Assembly: GCA_965656965.1 (NCBI GenBank)
Contig: CBFHMK010000008.1
Span: 30,970 to 94,969 of the forward strand
Length of the DNA: 64,000 nucleotides
Direction of reading: 5' to 3'
Source: an uncultured Porticoccaceae bacterium
GTDB lineage: Bacteria; Pseudomonadota; Gammaproteobacteria; Pseudomonadales; Porticoccaceae
Below are positions 17,702-27,884 of this stretch, piece after piece; the first letter of the stretch is position 1; each line of letters begins with the position of its first letter. Below the pieces are notes generated by a model. The model did not search any database. It was not told where the DNA came from and saw only the letters and a program-made list of their open reading frames with translations. The translations under genes were made by a program, and so were the position numbers.

Positions 17702-19621
17702 GTGACAATCATGCTGGTAGTTAAACATGTGGTATGGGTATTTTTTCTGCTGTCTGTGGTGGCCTGTAAGACGAGCCCACCCGCTGACCAAAGTTTTGGA
17801 GCCCAAGCCGCCAGCAGTAGTGAGGTTTCGACGAATGCTGAAGTAAAGAGCGAGATTAGTAGTTCAGCCGAAACCGATTCCTCTCCAGATACTCAAGACA
17901 GCGATTACAATGTTCAACCTGGAGAGTTTAATTTATATCCTCGAGAAACCAGCGGCTGGGATGAAACAGGCTGGTCTATTATTACGCCCTCTGAAGACTC
18001 TCGACTAATCTATGTCAGTTCAAGTGCAGGAGATGATGAAAACGCAGAATTTTATGCGCCCCGAGATATTGCTGATATTGAACACCCAGGGTTGATTAAG
18101 CCCTTCAAAACTATTGAGGCAGCCAATCAAAATGCTCGACAGGGGTACCCTGACTGGATTCTGTTGCGAAGAGGAGATGTCTGGGAAGTCGATGGCCCGG
18201 TTCATTTAAACGGGGGTCGATCTATTGAGGAGCGATCAGTATTCACATCCTATGGGCAAAATATCGAACGCCCAATGATTGTCAAAAGTGGCAGCAAAGA
18301 TATATTGAGAATATGGGCAGAGATTAGATATGTGTCTATTGTGGGGATTTCTTTTTACGGCGCAGAGCGCGATCCCTCATCACAAAGATTTGTTGGCTGG
18401 GGTAATGTTCCAGAATTACGCGGTATTTTTATTTACTCGGGTGATGCCCATGAAGAAAGGATGGGATCTATTTTAATTGAAGATAATCGCTTTAACTTTC
18501 TAAGTAAGGCAATTTCAAGTACTGGTGATGCCGAGCATGTCGATTTAGTCATAAGACGCAATGTCATAAGCAATTCATACAACGAACTGGGGCATGCACA
18601 GGGCATGTCGGCCGCCTATACCTCGGCCTTGTTGGAAGAAAATATATTTGATCACAATGGTTGGTTAACTCAGCAAAAGATCAAGGATGGCAAGGAAAAA
18701 TCAGAAGGCCAGGCGACCATGTTTAATCACAATACCTATTTTACAACCGCAATGGATACCATTTTTAGGAATAATATTTTTCTTAGGCCTTCGAGTATCC
18801 ACAACAAATGGACAGCCAATCCCCCAACTGAGACCGATCAGGTTATGTCCCGTAATCTGATAATGGAGAACAATCTCTATGTTGGTGGAGAAATAGGGAT
18901 TAGTGCTGGCGGTAATGATGATAACGATAATGGTCATCGTTGGGAAAACATTAAGATTATCGACAATGTACTGATGGCCATAGGTAGAGATCAGCCTACA
19001 AAAAGAACGCTGGGGTGGAATATAGATGCAACAGACTGGGATAGCGGTTTGATCTGCGGTAATTATCTATTGCATACCGACAATGCAGCGATAACAAATA
19101 TCTATGGGATTAAGCTTTCCGGCCACAGTAAAAATGTTTCTATCAATGAAAATACCATTCATGGTCTGATTACCCCTAACCCCAGTGATATTAATGGAGC
19201 CATTGCCATAGTTGATGGAGCCGCCAAGACGGACATTGCGGTTTCACTAAATAATATCCAGCTTTCAGATAGCAATATGCGCGTTGTTGTCACCGACCAG
19301 TTAGATTCGGTAGAATTTAATGAAAATAAGTATTTCTCAGGCCTAGAAGAAGCCCAATGGTTCGGTTCAGGAGGCAGTGACTATGATATTTCTGCTTGGC
19401 GTTCTATAGCTACAGATACCAGTTCTGAGGTGATTAAGGATGTATTTCTTGAACCGAAGAGAACATTCGAAACTTACCTGCACTCAATTGGCATGGACTC
19501 AATCGATGTTTTTGTGGACTCAATAATGGCACAGTCGATTGGATCTTGGAATGAAAATTTCTCCGCTAAGAAAATCAATAAATACATTCGTGAGGGCTAC
19601 GGAAATATAACCTGCCAATGA
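17702..19621 (+). CDS. Lipoprotein with right-handed parallel beta-helix repeats (polysaccharide-active candidate)
   Basis: Lipobox VVAC, Ser/Thr/Ala/Asp-rich linker, IYVSSSAGDD..PFKTI motif, repeated IEDNxF/IRRNxI/LEENIF/FRNNIF units. Confidence 0.75.
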   Translation: MTIMLVVKHVVWVFFLLSVVACKTSPPADQSFGAQAASSSEVSTNAEVKSEISSSAETDSSPDTQDSDYNVQPGEFNLYPRETSGWDETGWSIITPSEDSRLIYVSSSAGDDENAEFYAPRDIADIEHPGLIKPFKTIEAANQNARQGYPDWILLRRGDVWEVDGPVHLNGGRSIEERSVFTSYGQNIERPMIVKSGSKDILRIWAEIRYVSIVGISFYGAERDPSSQRFVGWGNVPELRGIFIYSGDAHEERMGSILIEDNRFNFLSKAISSTGDAEHVDLVIRRNVISNSYNELGHAQGMSAAYTSALLEENIFDHNGWLTQQKIKDGKEKSEGQATMFNHNTYFTTAMDTIFRNNIFLRPSSIHNKWTANPPTETDQVMSRNLIMENNLYVGGEIGISAGGNDDNDNGHRWENIKIIDNVLMAIGRDQPTKRTLGWNIDATDWDSGLICGNYLLHTDNAAITNIYGIKLSGHSKNVSINENTIHGLITPNPSDINGAIAIVDGAAKTDIAVSLNNIQLSDSNMRVVVTDQLDSVEFNENKYFSGLEEAQWFGSGGSDYDISAWRSIATDTSSEVIKDVFLEPKRTFETYLHSIGMDSIDVFVDSIMAQSIGSWNENFSAKKINKYIREGYGNITCQ

Positions 19622-19720
19622 GCCTTCATCTATATCTTGCATAGCCTGAAAGTAGACTATTATTAGAGACATACTTTGGCATATTTTTGCCTCAGGTAAA
19701 CGATAATAAGAGCTAACGGA

Positions 19721-20941
19721 ATGGCGTCTAAAAAGCAGACAAGCCCCAAAATATTAATGGTAATGAATGGCCCACCCTGGTCACCCTGGACTATGTCTGG
19801 TGTTAGTAAAGGTGTCTGTACAGCATTGTTAAATCGGGGTGCTCTCTACGGGGCAATATCTCATCGCTGTCCAACCTCCAGAAATCTTGTACCTACGCCT
19901 TGGCGACGATTAGAGTCCTTATTCTTCGGATTGGTAACTAGGTTTTTGGGTCAGTCGTCGCCATCTTGGCAGTCTGAGTCATCTCCTGGATTGGCGGCAA
20001 TATTGACCCGCATTCCAGCTTCTACAGCAGTGGTATATACCTATGTCAATCCAGAGTATCAGGAGACCTATGATTTGCAGAGATATAGGTGGATAGGGAT
20101 CTCTGTGTTAGATGCTGCGGAATATCAGGCTTATGGGCATAGAGGTCTCGATAAATCCGCACTCCGAGAAAAGTATCAAGCACAGTATAAAACCATACAT
20201 CAGTCAGAGGCGATTTTTACTCATTCAAGTTATGGTGCGGATTCTATAGCTCGAGACTACAACTATCCCCGAGAAAAAATATTCCCTATTGGCGCAGGTG
20301 CTTCACTCCAGTTTGGGTCAATAAAACGTAGTCGTCCAGATCGCTTCAGACGCTGCAACATCCTATTTATAGGTCGTGATTGGGAGCGTAAAGGTGGTCC
20401 CTTGGTGTATGCGGCATTCAAGCTGCTTCGGGCAGAAATTCCCCATGCAACTCTCACCATTGTTGGCCCGACAGAGCAGCCAGTGTTTGGCCCGGGAGTA
20501 CTGTTTGCGGGCTTTCTTAGAAAGCATAGGTACCGAGAGAGGCGAAAGCTCAAAAAGCTATATTTAAATGCTTCTATTTTCTGTACTCCCTCAGTATGTG
20601 AAACCTGGGGTCTAGTTTATGTGGAGGCCGCAGCAGCAGGGCTGCCCATTGTGGGTACCTATGAATGGGCTATGCCCGACATTGTGCTCAATGGGAAAAC
20701 AGGAGTGCTCTGTAACGAACGATCTCCAGAAGCAATAGCTAAGGCGATGGCCAGTATCTTGGTGGACCCTATTGGCGCAATGAAAATGGGCCAAGAAGCG
20801 GCTAAGTATGTTAGGGATGTGCTGGATTGGCCTCATGTGGCTGACCGGATAATCGCTGCAATTTCTCCAGAGCTACTCAAGGGTCGAAAGCCTATATGGC
20901 TACCCAGAGATATAGTTAGGTCAAAGAAACGGCCACAATGA
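19721..20941 (+). CDS. Glycosyltransferase family 4
   Basis: ILFIGRDWERKGG, ETWGLVYVEAAAAGLP (EX7E motif). Confidence 0.9.
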   Translation: MASKKQTSPKILMVMNGPPWSPWTMSGVSKGVCTALLNRGALYGAISHRCPTSRNLVPTPWRRLESLFFGLVTRFLGQSSPSWQSESSPGLAAILTRIPASTAVVYTYVNPEYQETYDLQRYRWIGISVLDAAEYQAYGHRGLDKSALREKYQAQYKTIHQSEAIFTHSSYGADSIARDYNYPREKIFPIGAGASLQFGSIKRSRPDRFRRCNILFIGRDWERKGGPLVYAAFKLLRAEIPHATLTIVGPTEQPVFGPGVLFAGFLRKHRYRERRKLKKLYLNASIFCTPSVCETWGLVYVEAAAAGLPIVGTYEWAMPDIVLNGKTGVLCNERSPEAIAKAMASILVDPIGAMKMGQEAAKYVRDVLDWPHVADRIIAAISPELLKGRKPIWLPRDIVRSKKRPQ

Positions 20942-21900
20942 TGACCGATTTATCTATTATTATTGTCAACTACAGAACGCCTAAGTTATGTATTGATTGC
21001 CTCTCGTCTTTAATTGAGATTAACGACCTAACGCTTAAAATCATCATTGTAGATAATGCGTCTAATGACGACTCTATAGAGAAAATTCAACAGGCTATTC
21101 ATGATAATCAATGGGCTACAGTCAGATTGATAGGCTCACCAAATAATGACGGGTTTTCTGCTGGAAATAATCTTGGCATTCAAGCCTGTCAATCTGACTA
21201 TGTCCTACTGCTAAACAGTGACACTATTGTTCGCCCTGGAGCCATTAAGATATTACTGAAAACTCTAGAAGACAGCACAGATATGGGCATGGCAAGTCCC
21301 CGACTGGAATGGCCTGACGGCAGCCCTCAAGAGAGCTGTTTTCGCTTTCACCGGCCTATCAATGAATTGATTCGCTCTGCTTGCTCTGGTCCCATTACCA
21401 GGCTGCTTAAAGCTTATGAGGTGCCTCTGAGAGTGACCGACGAGCTATCCTATCCGGAGTGGACTAGCTTTGCCTGTGTTTTGGTTCGCCGCGAGTTATT
21501 TGAGAAAATTGGTCTTCTCGATGAAGAGTTCTTTATGTACTTTGAAGATGTCGATTTCTGTCACCGTGCCCGCGCTGCCGGCTGGCCTATTATTAATAAT
21601 CCGCAGGCCCATGTTGTGCATCTGCGTGGTGGCAGCTCACCGGTCAAGAGTCAGGCGGCCAAAAAGAAGCGCTTGCCGCGTTATTTTTATGAGTCTCGTA
21701 CCAGGTATTACTACAAGTACTTTGGTCGCACTGGTTTATTGATGGCCAATTTATTCTGGCATCTGGGCGCCATAATCGGCAGGGCGCGACAGCTTTTTAG
21801 CGCCAGCTACCCGCCCAATATCTGCGAATCTCAGTGGCGGGATATCTGGACTAATTTCACCCGCCCCAATGCGCCCTATATCCACCCGGACGACTATTAA
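20938..21900 (+). CDS. Glycosyltransferase family 2
   Basis: IIIVNY, IVDNASND, NxGFSAGNN, LLNSDT, FMYFEDVDFC. Confidence 0.92.
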   Translation: MMTDLSIIIVNYRTPKLCIDCLSSLIEINDLTLKIIIVDNASNDDSIEKIQQAIHDNQWATVRLIGSPNNDGFSAGNNLGIQACQSDYVLLLNSDTIVRPGAIKILLKTLEDSTDMGMASPRLEWPDGSPQESCFRFHRPINELIRSACSGPITRLLKAYEVPLRVTDELSYPEWTSFACVLVRRELFEKIGLLDEEFFMYFEDVDFCHRARAAGWPIINNPQAHVVHLRGGSSPVKSQAAKKKRLPRYFYESRTRYYYKYFGRTGLLMANLFWHLGAIIGRARQLFSASYPPNICESQWRDIWTNFTRPNAPYIHPDDY

Positions 21901-21902
21901 CT

Positions 21903-22778
21903 ATGACGCCAAGACTGCCTAGTTTCTTTATTATCGGCGCCATGAAAAGTGCGACCAGCACATTGCATAATCAACTGGCGGCTCAGTCAGGAATTTTTAT
22001 GTCTACCCCCAAGGAGCCTAACTTCTTTAGTGATGACGACCGATATTCCTTGGGTGTGGATTGGTATCAGGGCCTGTTTGCTGCAGCACAAAAGACCGAT
22101 ATCTGCGGAGAGTCCAGCACCCACTACAGCAAACTCCCCGATCACCCCAATACCATCAAGCGCCTAAAGCCATTAATTAATAATCCCAGATTCATCTATG
22201 TGATGCGCCATCCGATAGATCGCCTAGTATCGCACTACATGCATCAGTGGTCTGAGGGAGTTATTTCATGTGATATCAATCAGGCGATTGATACCTATCC
22301 TGAACTGGTTGATTACAGCCGTTACGGGATGCAGATCAGGCCCTATTTAAAGACCTTTGGCGGGGGAGCGGTGCTACCTGTTTTCTTTGAACAACTAAGA
22401 GCGCAGCCGGAACTGACCCTTGGCCAGGTAGGAGACTTTATTGGCTGCTCGAAACCATTGCATTGGTTCCCGGATCTAGCGGCTGACAATGTATCCAACC
22501 AGCGTATTCGAAAATTTCCGGGTTATCAGTGGCTGATTGAATCTCCCGCCATGTCTAGCTTGCGTAGGGCGCTGATACCAAGACAGCTGCGGGATCGAAT
22601 CAAAGATAGTTTGCGCATGCAGCAGCGCCCATCGATCAACTGTTTCCAGCTTAGAAAGCTACAGCAAATTTTTGATAAGGATTTACAGGCGATAACAGAT
22701 TGGCTGGGTTATGAGGTTAGCTGTGATCGCTTTTCTAAGCCCCTCGAATTCAGTGCGGAAAGTGAGCCTTTGATATGA
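21903..22778 (+). CDS. PAPS-dependent sulfotransferase
   Basis: 5'-PSB loop IIGAMKSATSTL, KEPNFF, GESSTHY, 3'-PB RHPIDRLVSHY. Confidence 0.9.
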   Translation: MTPRLPSFFIIGAMKSATSTLHNQLAAQSGIFMSTPKEPNFFSDDDRYSLGVDWYQGLFAAAQKTDICGESSTHYSKLPDHPNTIKRLKPLINNPRFIYVMRHPIDRLVSHYMHQWSEGVISCDINQAIDTYPELVDYSRYGMQIRPYLKTFGGGAVLPVFFEQLRAQPELTLGQVGDFIGCSKPLHWFPDLAADNVSNQRIRKFPGYQWLIESPAMSSLRRALIPRQLRDRIKDSLRMQQRPSINCFQLRKLQQIFDKDLQAITDWLGYEVSCDRFSKPLEFSAESEPLI

Positions 22779-22963
22779 GAAATAGGCTATCTTTTAGGAG
22801 TAAGGCTCAAAATGTGAACCAGTTGGCTTTTTGAGATAAAAGAGGGTCTCATTTTGGTTTTAATATTTCATTATCAATGCCCCACAAGTAAAGTTAATCC
22901 AGAATGAATTTTTTTATCGGTGCAGGCCCAGTTGCTCGAGCCAATAATATATGTAGAGAATAT

Positions 22964-23911
22964 ATGGACGATTCTTACCTGATTATTTCACCCTGCCGCA
23001 ATGAAGCGGAATTTATGTTCAGTACGCTTGATTCTGTTGTTAGTCAGTCAGTGAGGCCTGCCAAATGGATTATTGTTGACGATGGCTCGACAGATGCAAC
23101 CGGCGATATCCTTCGTGAGTACGCCAGTCAGTACGACTTTATTGAAGTTGTTACCAAGCCTGATCGCGGCCATCGTGCCGTGGGTCCCGGTGTTATAGAG
23201 GCTTTTAATCTTGGTTTAGAGTCAACCAATCTTGATGATTATGAGTTTCTCTGCAAGCTAGATTTGGATGTTGATTTACCCCATAGATACTTTGAGATAC
23301 TAATACAGAAAATGCATAAAACGCCGCGTATAGGTACCTGCAGCGGCAAGCCCTACAGCAGGCAGGGTAAATGGTTGCTGAGTGAAAAGCGGGGTGATGA
23401 GATGTCTGTAGGTATGACCAAGTTCTACCGTGTCAGCTGTTATAAACAGATTGGCGGCTTTGTACCCGAGGTTATGTGGGACGCAATAGACTGTCATCGC
23501 TGCCGACAACTGGGTTGGATAGCCTGTAGTTGGGATATCCCTGAGTTACGGTTTGTGCATTTGAGAGCTATGGGTTCCAGCCAAGATAATATCTACGTGG
23601 GCAAGCAGCGCCATGGTTATGGACAGTACTTTATGGGTACAGGGCTTATTTACATGCTGGTTACCTCAGTTTACCGCATGCTTCATCCACCCTATATTTT
23701 AGGCGGCGGCGCCATGTTTCTGGGTTATCTACGCAGTATGGTCACTCGCGTCCCCCGATACTCAGATCAGACACTAAGACGCTTTATTCGGAGCTACCAT
23801 TGGAAATGTCTAATTCTGGGGAAAAAGTACGCAACCAAACTGGTTGATGACAGGCAGGCGTCAATATGGCAGCGCTATCAATCGCGAAAAACTTCGGTAG
23901 TAGCAGGGTAA
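22964..23911 (+). CDS. Glycosyltransferase family 2
   Basis: IISPCRNE, IVDDGSTDAT, KLDLD, GWD-like MWDAID. Start placed at ATG 22964; 22904 is also possible. Confidence 0.88.
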   Translation: MDDSYLIISPCRNEAEFMFSTLDSVVSQSVRPAKWIIVDDGSTDATGDILREYASQYDFIEVVTKPDRGHRAVGPGVIEAFNLGLESTNLDDYEFLCKLDLDVDLPHRYFEILIQKMHKTPRIGTCSGKPYSRQGKWLLSEKRGDEMSVGMTKFYRVSCYKQIGGFVPEVMWDAIDCHRCRQLGWIACSWDIPELRFVHLRAMGSSQDNIYVGKQRHGYGQYFMGTGLIYMLVTSVYRMLHPPYILGGGAMFLGYLRSMVTRVPRYSDQTLRRFIRSYHWKCLILGKKYATKLVDDRQASIWQRYQSRKTSVVAG

Positions 23912-23947
23912 TCCTGGGCCCAACAATAATTTGAAAAGGACTTCCAA

Positions 23948-24547
23948 ATGGATTTTGCAGAATTTGTAGAAGATTACTATCAGCGATATATTCAGGTTAT
24001 TAAAGACTTCGATAAGGCCACTCTCGAGCCTGTATTAGAGATTTTTTTAGCGACCGCTCGCAATAATGGCACACTCTGGGTCGCTGGCAATGGCGGAAGC
24101 GCCGCTATAGGAGATCACACGGTCTGCGACGTTACCAAAGGCACGCATAAACCCGGTCAGCCGAGTATTAAGTCCATTTCATTGTCATCCAATACCGCCA
24201 TGCTGACTGCACTGGGCAATGATATCTCCTATGAAGCGGTGTTTAGCGAGCAGCTAAAATATTATCTGGGCAAGAATGATGCTCTGCTGTTGGTTAGCTC
24301 TAGTGGAAATTCGCCCAATGTAGTTGCTGCCTGCGACTACGCCAATCAGATGGGCGTACCTACCATCGCCTTTGTGGGCTTCAAAGGGGGGAAATTAAAA
24401 GAGATGGCCAAGTATTCTGTATGGATACCGGTGGAAAACTACGGCATGACCGAGGACGCGCACCAGAGTCTAATGCATGTGACCACTCAATATATTATGG
24501 CGCATGCCAAGACCAGAGTAGGCACCGAGGCTGAGGCGCTTAATTAA
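23948..24547 (+). CDS. gmhA: Sedoheptulose-7-phosphate isomerase (SIS domain, GmhA-like)
   Basis: GNGGSAA, TALGNDISYEAVFSEQL, SSSGNSPNV, EDAH motifs. Confidence 0.88.
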   Translation: MDFAEFVEDYYQRYIQVIKDFDKATLEPVLEIFLATARNNGTLWVAGNGGSAAIGDHTVCDVTKGTHKPGQPSIKSISLSSNTAMLTALGNDISYEAVFSEQLKYYLGKNDALLLVSSSGNSPNVVAACDYANQMGVPTIAFVGFKGGKLKEMAKYSVWIPVENYGMTEDAHQSLMHVTTQYIMAHAKTRVGTEAEALN

Positions 24548-25602
24548 TGTCTCTGTCGCAACAGGTAGGTGCTGTGGTTATAGGTCGCAATGAGGGCGAG
24601 CGATTGAAGCGCTGTTTGTCCTCGCTGCAGACGCAGCATCAGGGGCCTATAGTGTATGTGGATTCTGGTTCCACCGATAGCAGTGTGGAATATGCTCAAT
24701 CCGTTGGTATTGATCTGGTTAATCTGGAGATGAGCAGGCCTTTTACCATGGCTCGGGCCAGAAATGCGGGGCTTTGGTACCTCCAAGAAAAATATCCCAA
24801 GACTGCATTTGTACAGTTTATTGATGGAGACTGCGAACTCAACGACCACTGGCTCTCTTCTGCCTATAATTTTTTACTTGCACATCAGAACATAGTTTGT
24901 GTCTGTGGCCATCGACGTGAACGTTTTCCTAACATCAGTCTTTATAACAATCTTATTGATATGGAATGGCAGCGCGAAGTAGGCGAAATTGACGCCTGTG
25001 GCGGCGATGCTATGTATCGCATAGATGCGCTGCAAAAAGTGAAAGCCTTTAACGAGATTATGATTGCTGGTGAAGAGGGCGAGCTCTGTTGGCGACTGCG
25101 TCTTAATGGCGGAGGCATAGTAAGACTAGACCAGCCCATGACCTTACATGACGCCAACATGCATTGCCTCTCACAATGGTGGATGCGATCGGTGAGATGT
25201 GGCCACGCCTACGCGCAGGGCTATGACTTACAGAGACGGAGTTCGAGGTATCAAAAACCAGCTTATAAACAGCATCAGATGTTAAGTAGTCTGTTTTATG
25301 GTGCAGTAGTGCCGGCTCTGCTGTTGGTATTTGCGGCAATATTGATAAGTCTTAGCCTACCCAGCATCTGGATTCTTTTTGTGGGTTGGGCCATGGTTTT
25401 TTTAGTCTTTTTCTATGCCCCTATTATTCATAAGTCAGCGGCCTCCAGACTGCCCCAGAAATATAGTGTAAAAAACCGTTATCTCTATGCATGTTTTGTT
25501 GCTCTGGGGAAATTCCCCGAGGCTCAGGGCGTTTTGAGATATTACAAAAACAAATTATTTGGCAAGACTGCCAGAATTATTGAATACAGACGAAATTTGT
25601 AG
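24547..25602 (+). CDS. Glycosyltransferase family 2
   Basis: VVIGRNEGERLKRCL, YVDSGSTD, ARARNAG, FIDGDC, GEEGELC. Confidence 0.9.
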   Translation: MSLSQQVGAVVIGRNEGERLKRCLSSLQTQHQGPIVYVDSGSTDSSVEYAQSVGIDLVNLEMSRPFTMARARNAGLWYLQEKYPKTAFVQFIDGDCELNDHWLSSAYNFLLAHQNIVCVCGHRRERFPNISLYNNLIDMEWQREVGEIDACGGDAMYRIDALQKVKAFNEIMIAGEEGELCWRLRLNGGGIVRLDQPMTLHDANMHCLSQWWMRSVRCGHAYAQGYDLQRRSSRYQKPAYKQHQMLSSLFYGAVVPALLLVFAAILISLSLPSIWILFVGWAMVFLVFFYAPIIHKSAASRLPQKYSVKNRYLYACFVALGKFPEAQGVLRYYKNKLFGKTARIIEYRRNL

Positions 25603-25625
25603 CTGTATTTAGCTAAAGGATTAGC

Positions 25626-26846
25626 ATGATTCATTATATAACCAGCAATGGTGTCGGTAATGCTTGGGTTGGCAACGAGTTAATGGCACTGTCAAAACAG
25701 AGTCTGGACTTTGCATTACATTCATTGCATCGACCTGCGACTAGCTATTTTAAATCTCAGACGGTAGCAGAGATCAATCAGCAGACCCACTTTATATATC
25801 CGTTACCGCTATCTCAGGTAATTTCTGAGGTCTGCAAAGCGCCATTTTGTTTTGGGCGACGTTTTTGGTTTGCATTGCTTAATGCTGTGTTTGGTCGCAA
25901 AGAATCTTTTACGGTGAGGCTTAAGTCTGTGTTGCACTTCTCAGTGGCCTGCGTATGGGCAAGATATCTAGCGACACAAAGGGTTTCCCACATCCATTCT
26001 CAGTGGATCAACTCCTGTGGCACTGTCGGCATGTATGCGGCCTGGCTGCTCGATAAACCCTTTAGTTTTACCGGCCATGCGGCAGATCTATTTCGCGAGC
26101 GCTGCGCTCTAAAAGATAAAATCATCAGAGCAAAATTTATTGTCTGTATCTCCAGTTTTCATAGAGACTTCTATATAGAGCAAGGGGCAGATCCAGCCCA
26201 ACTCATTGTTGCCTATTGCGGCATAGACACTAGCCTTTTTAAACCCAAAAAACCAACGCATAACGCGGGGCCTGTGCATATTGTTTCAGCCGCTCGGCTG
26301 GTAGAAAAAAAGGGTTTGATGTATTTAATTGATGCCTGTGAACAATTAAAAACTGTTCTGGACTTTCGCTGCACCATTGCCGGCGATGGGCCGTTGTTGT
26401 CCGAGTTGCAGCAGCGAATAGACGGCAGAGGTTTATCTGATCTAGTGACACTTACCGGCGAGCCCCTGCTGCAGGAGGATATCCCAGATTTTATGGCAGC
26501 CGGTGATATTTACTGTCTGCCCTGTGTCTGGGCAGAAGATGGCGATGTGGATGGTCTGCCTCAGATGCTAATGGAAGCAATGGCCTGTGCTGTACCCGTT
26601 ATTTCAACCCAGTTAGTAGGCATCCCGGATTTAGTTGAGGATGGCCAGACTGGATTATTGGTAGCACCCAAGGACTCTGCAGGCCTGGCCGAAGCAATAT
26701 CTAAGCTGGCCCAGGATAGCCATTTGCGTCAGCATCTGGCGGCCCAGGGTAGACAAAGAGTGATCGATACGTTTTCTATTGATAAGTCGCTGCAACCTTT
26801 AATTTATCAGTTTAAGCAACAGATTGATCAAGGATTGGCGCAATGA
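25626..26846 (+). CDS. Glycosyltransferase family 4 (WcaL-like)
   Basis: HIHSQW, FTGHAAD, AARLVEKKG, DGLPQMLMEAMA. Confidence 0.9.
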   Translation: MIHYITSNGVGNAWVGNELMALSKQSLDFALHSLHRPATSYFKSQTVAEINQQTHFIYPLPLSQVISEVCKAPFCFGRRFWFALLNAVFGRKESFTVRLKSVLHFSVACVWARYLATQRVSHIHSQWINSCGTVGMYAAWLLDKPFSFTGHAADLFRERCALKDKIIRAKFIVCISSFHRDFYIEQGADPAQLIVAYCGIDTSLFKPKKPTHNAGPVHIVSAARLVEKKGLMYLIDACEQLKTVLDFRCTIAGDGPLLSELQQRIDGRGLSDLVTLTGEPLLQEDIPDFMAAGDIYCLPCVWAEDGDVDGLPQMLMEAMACAVPVISTQLVGIPDLVEDGQTGLLVAPKDSAGLAEAISKLAQDSHLRQHLAAQGRQRVIDTFSIDKSLQPLIYQFKQQIDQGLAQ

Positions 26847-27832
26847 TTATTTCGCAAACACCCTACAGAGTGAGCTTTGCTGGTGGCGGAACTGACCTAC
26901 CTTCATTTTATGAAAAAGAGATGGGTGCAGTCTTATCTGTCGGCTTAAATCAGCACATGTATGTGACGGTAAGTCCGCGCTTTGAGGCCTCCACCCGTAT
27001 TGCTTACACCAAGACTGAGATTGCCGATTCTATTGATGAGATTCAGCACACCATTGCAAGGGAAGTGCTGCGCATGACTGGGTTGGGAAAACATTTGGAA
27101 ATTACCACCATTGGCGATGTGCCCTCGGGCACAGGTCTGGGGTCCAGTAGCAGCCTCGCTGTAGGTCTTCTCAATGCGCTGTATGCCTTCAAAGGCCGGC
27201 TTACCAGCGCCCAGCAACTTGCAGAGCAGGCCTGTCAGGTTGAGATTGATCTATTGCATAAACCCATTGGCAAGCAGGATCAATATGCCGCTGCCTATGG
27301 TTCTCTTAACTATATTGCCTTTAATCCAGATGGCACAGTCAATGTAGAGCCTGTGCCCTATAAGCCCGATACCTTGAGGGAATTGGAGTCGCGAACCCTA
27401 TTGCTGTACACGGCACAACAGCGCAGTGCCGATGATATTTTAGTCAAGCAAAGTGCCGGCACCAGAGAGGCTGATAAGTTTAGTATTCTTAGACAGATGC
27501 GGGATCTGGCCATTGAGATGAAAGGGATTATTTCTAATCAGGGCAGCATTGATGAGTTTGCTAGGCTACTTCATGAAGGCTGGTTACTTAAAAAATCTCT
27601 GGGTTTTGGGATTTCAAATAGTGCCATAGATGATTGGTATGAAGCCGCAATAAAAGCAGGTGCTCAGGGGGGTAAATTGTTGGGTGCTGGCGGCGGCGGG
27701 TTTTTGCTGTTAGTCGCACCGCCAGAAAAGCATCAGGCAATCCGCGACGCACTGGGTAATCCCCGCGAAATTCCTTTTGAGATAGATCGTCGAGGCAGCA
27801 GAATTATCTTTATCAGTGATCGATATAAATAG
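26843..27832 (+). CDS. hddA: GHMP kinase, D-glycero-alpha-D-manno-heptose-7-phosphate kinase-like
   Basis: TPYRVSFAGGGTD, PSGTGLGSSS, IGKQDQY, GGKLLGAGGGG; gmhA and an NTP-transferase are in the same block. Confidence 0.85.
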   Translation: MIISQTPYRVSFAGGGTDLPSFYEKEMGAVLSVGLNQHMYVTVSPRFEASTRIAYTKTEIADSIDEIQHTIAREVLRMTGLGKHLEITTIGDVPSGTGLGSSSSLAVGLLNALYAFKGRLTSAQQLAEQACQVEIDLLHKPIGKQDQYAAAYGSLNYIAFNPDGTVNVEPVPYKPDTLRELESRTLLLYTAQQRSADDILVKQSAGTREADKFSILRQMRDLAIEMKGIISNQGSIDEFARLLHEGWLLKKSLGFGISNSAIDDWYEAAIKAGAQGGKLLGAGGGGFLLLVAPPEKHQAIRDALGNPREIPFEIDRRGSRIIFISDRYK

Positions 27833-27884
27833 CTTTTAGAACACTAAAAGTTAAGGACAGAGGAAAAATGACAAGGAGTGTTTG

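Noticed and set aside
19677-19690. Sigma54-like TGGCATATTTTTGC upstream of the GT4 gene (similar one at 36840-36852)
   Set aside because: Only 9 nt between GG and GC; sigma54 needs 10.
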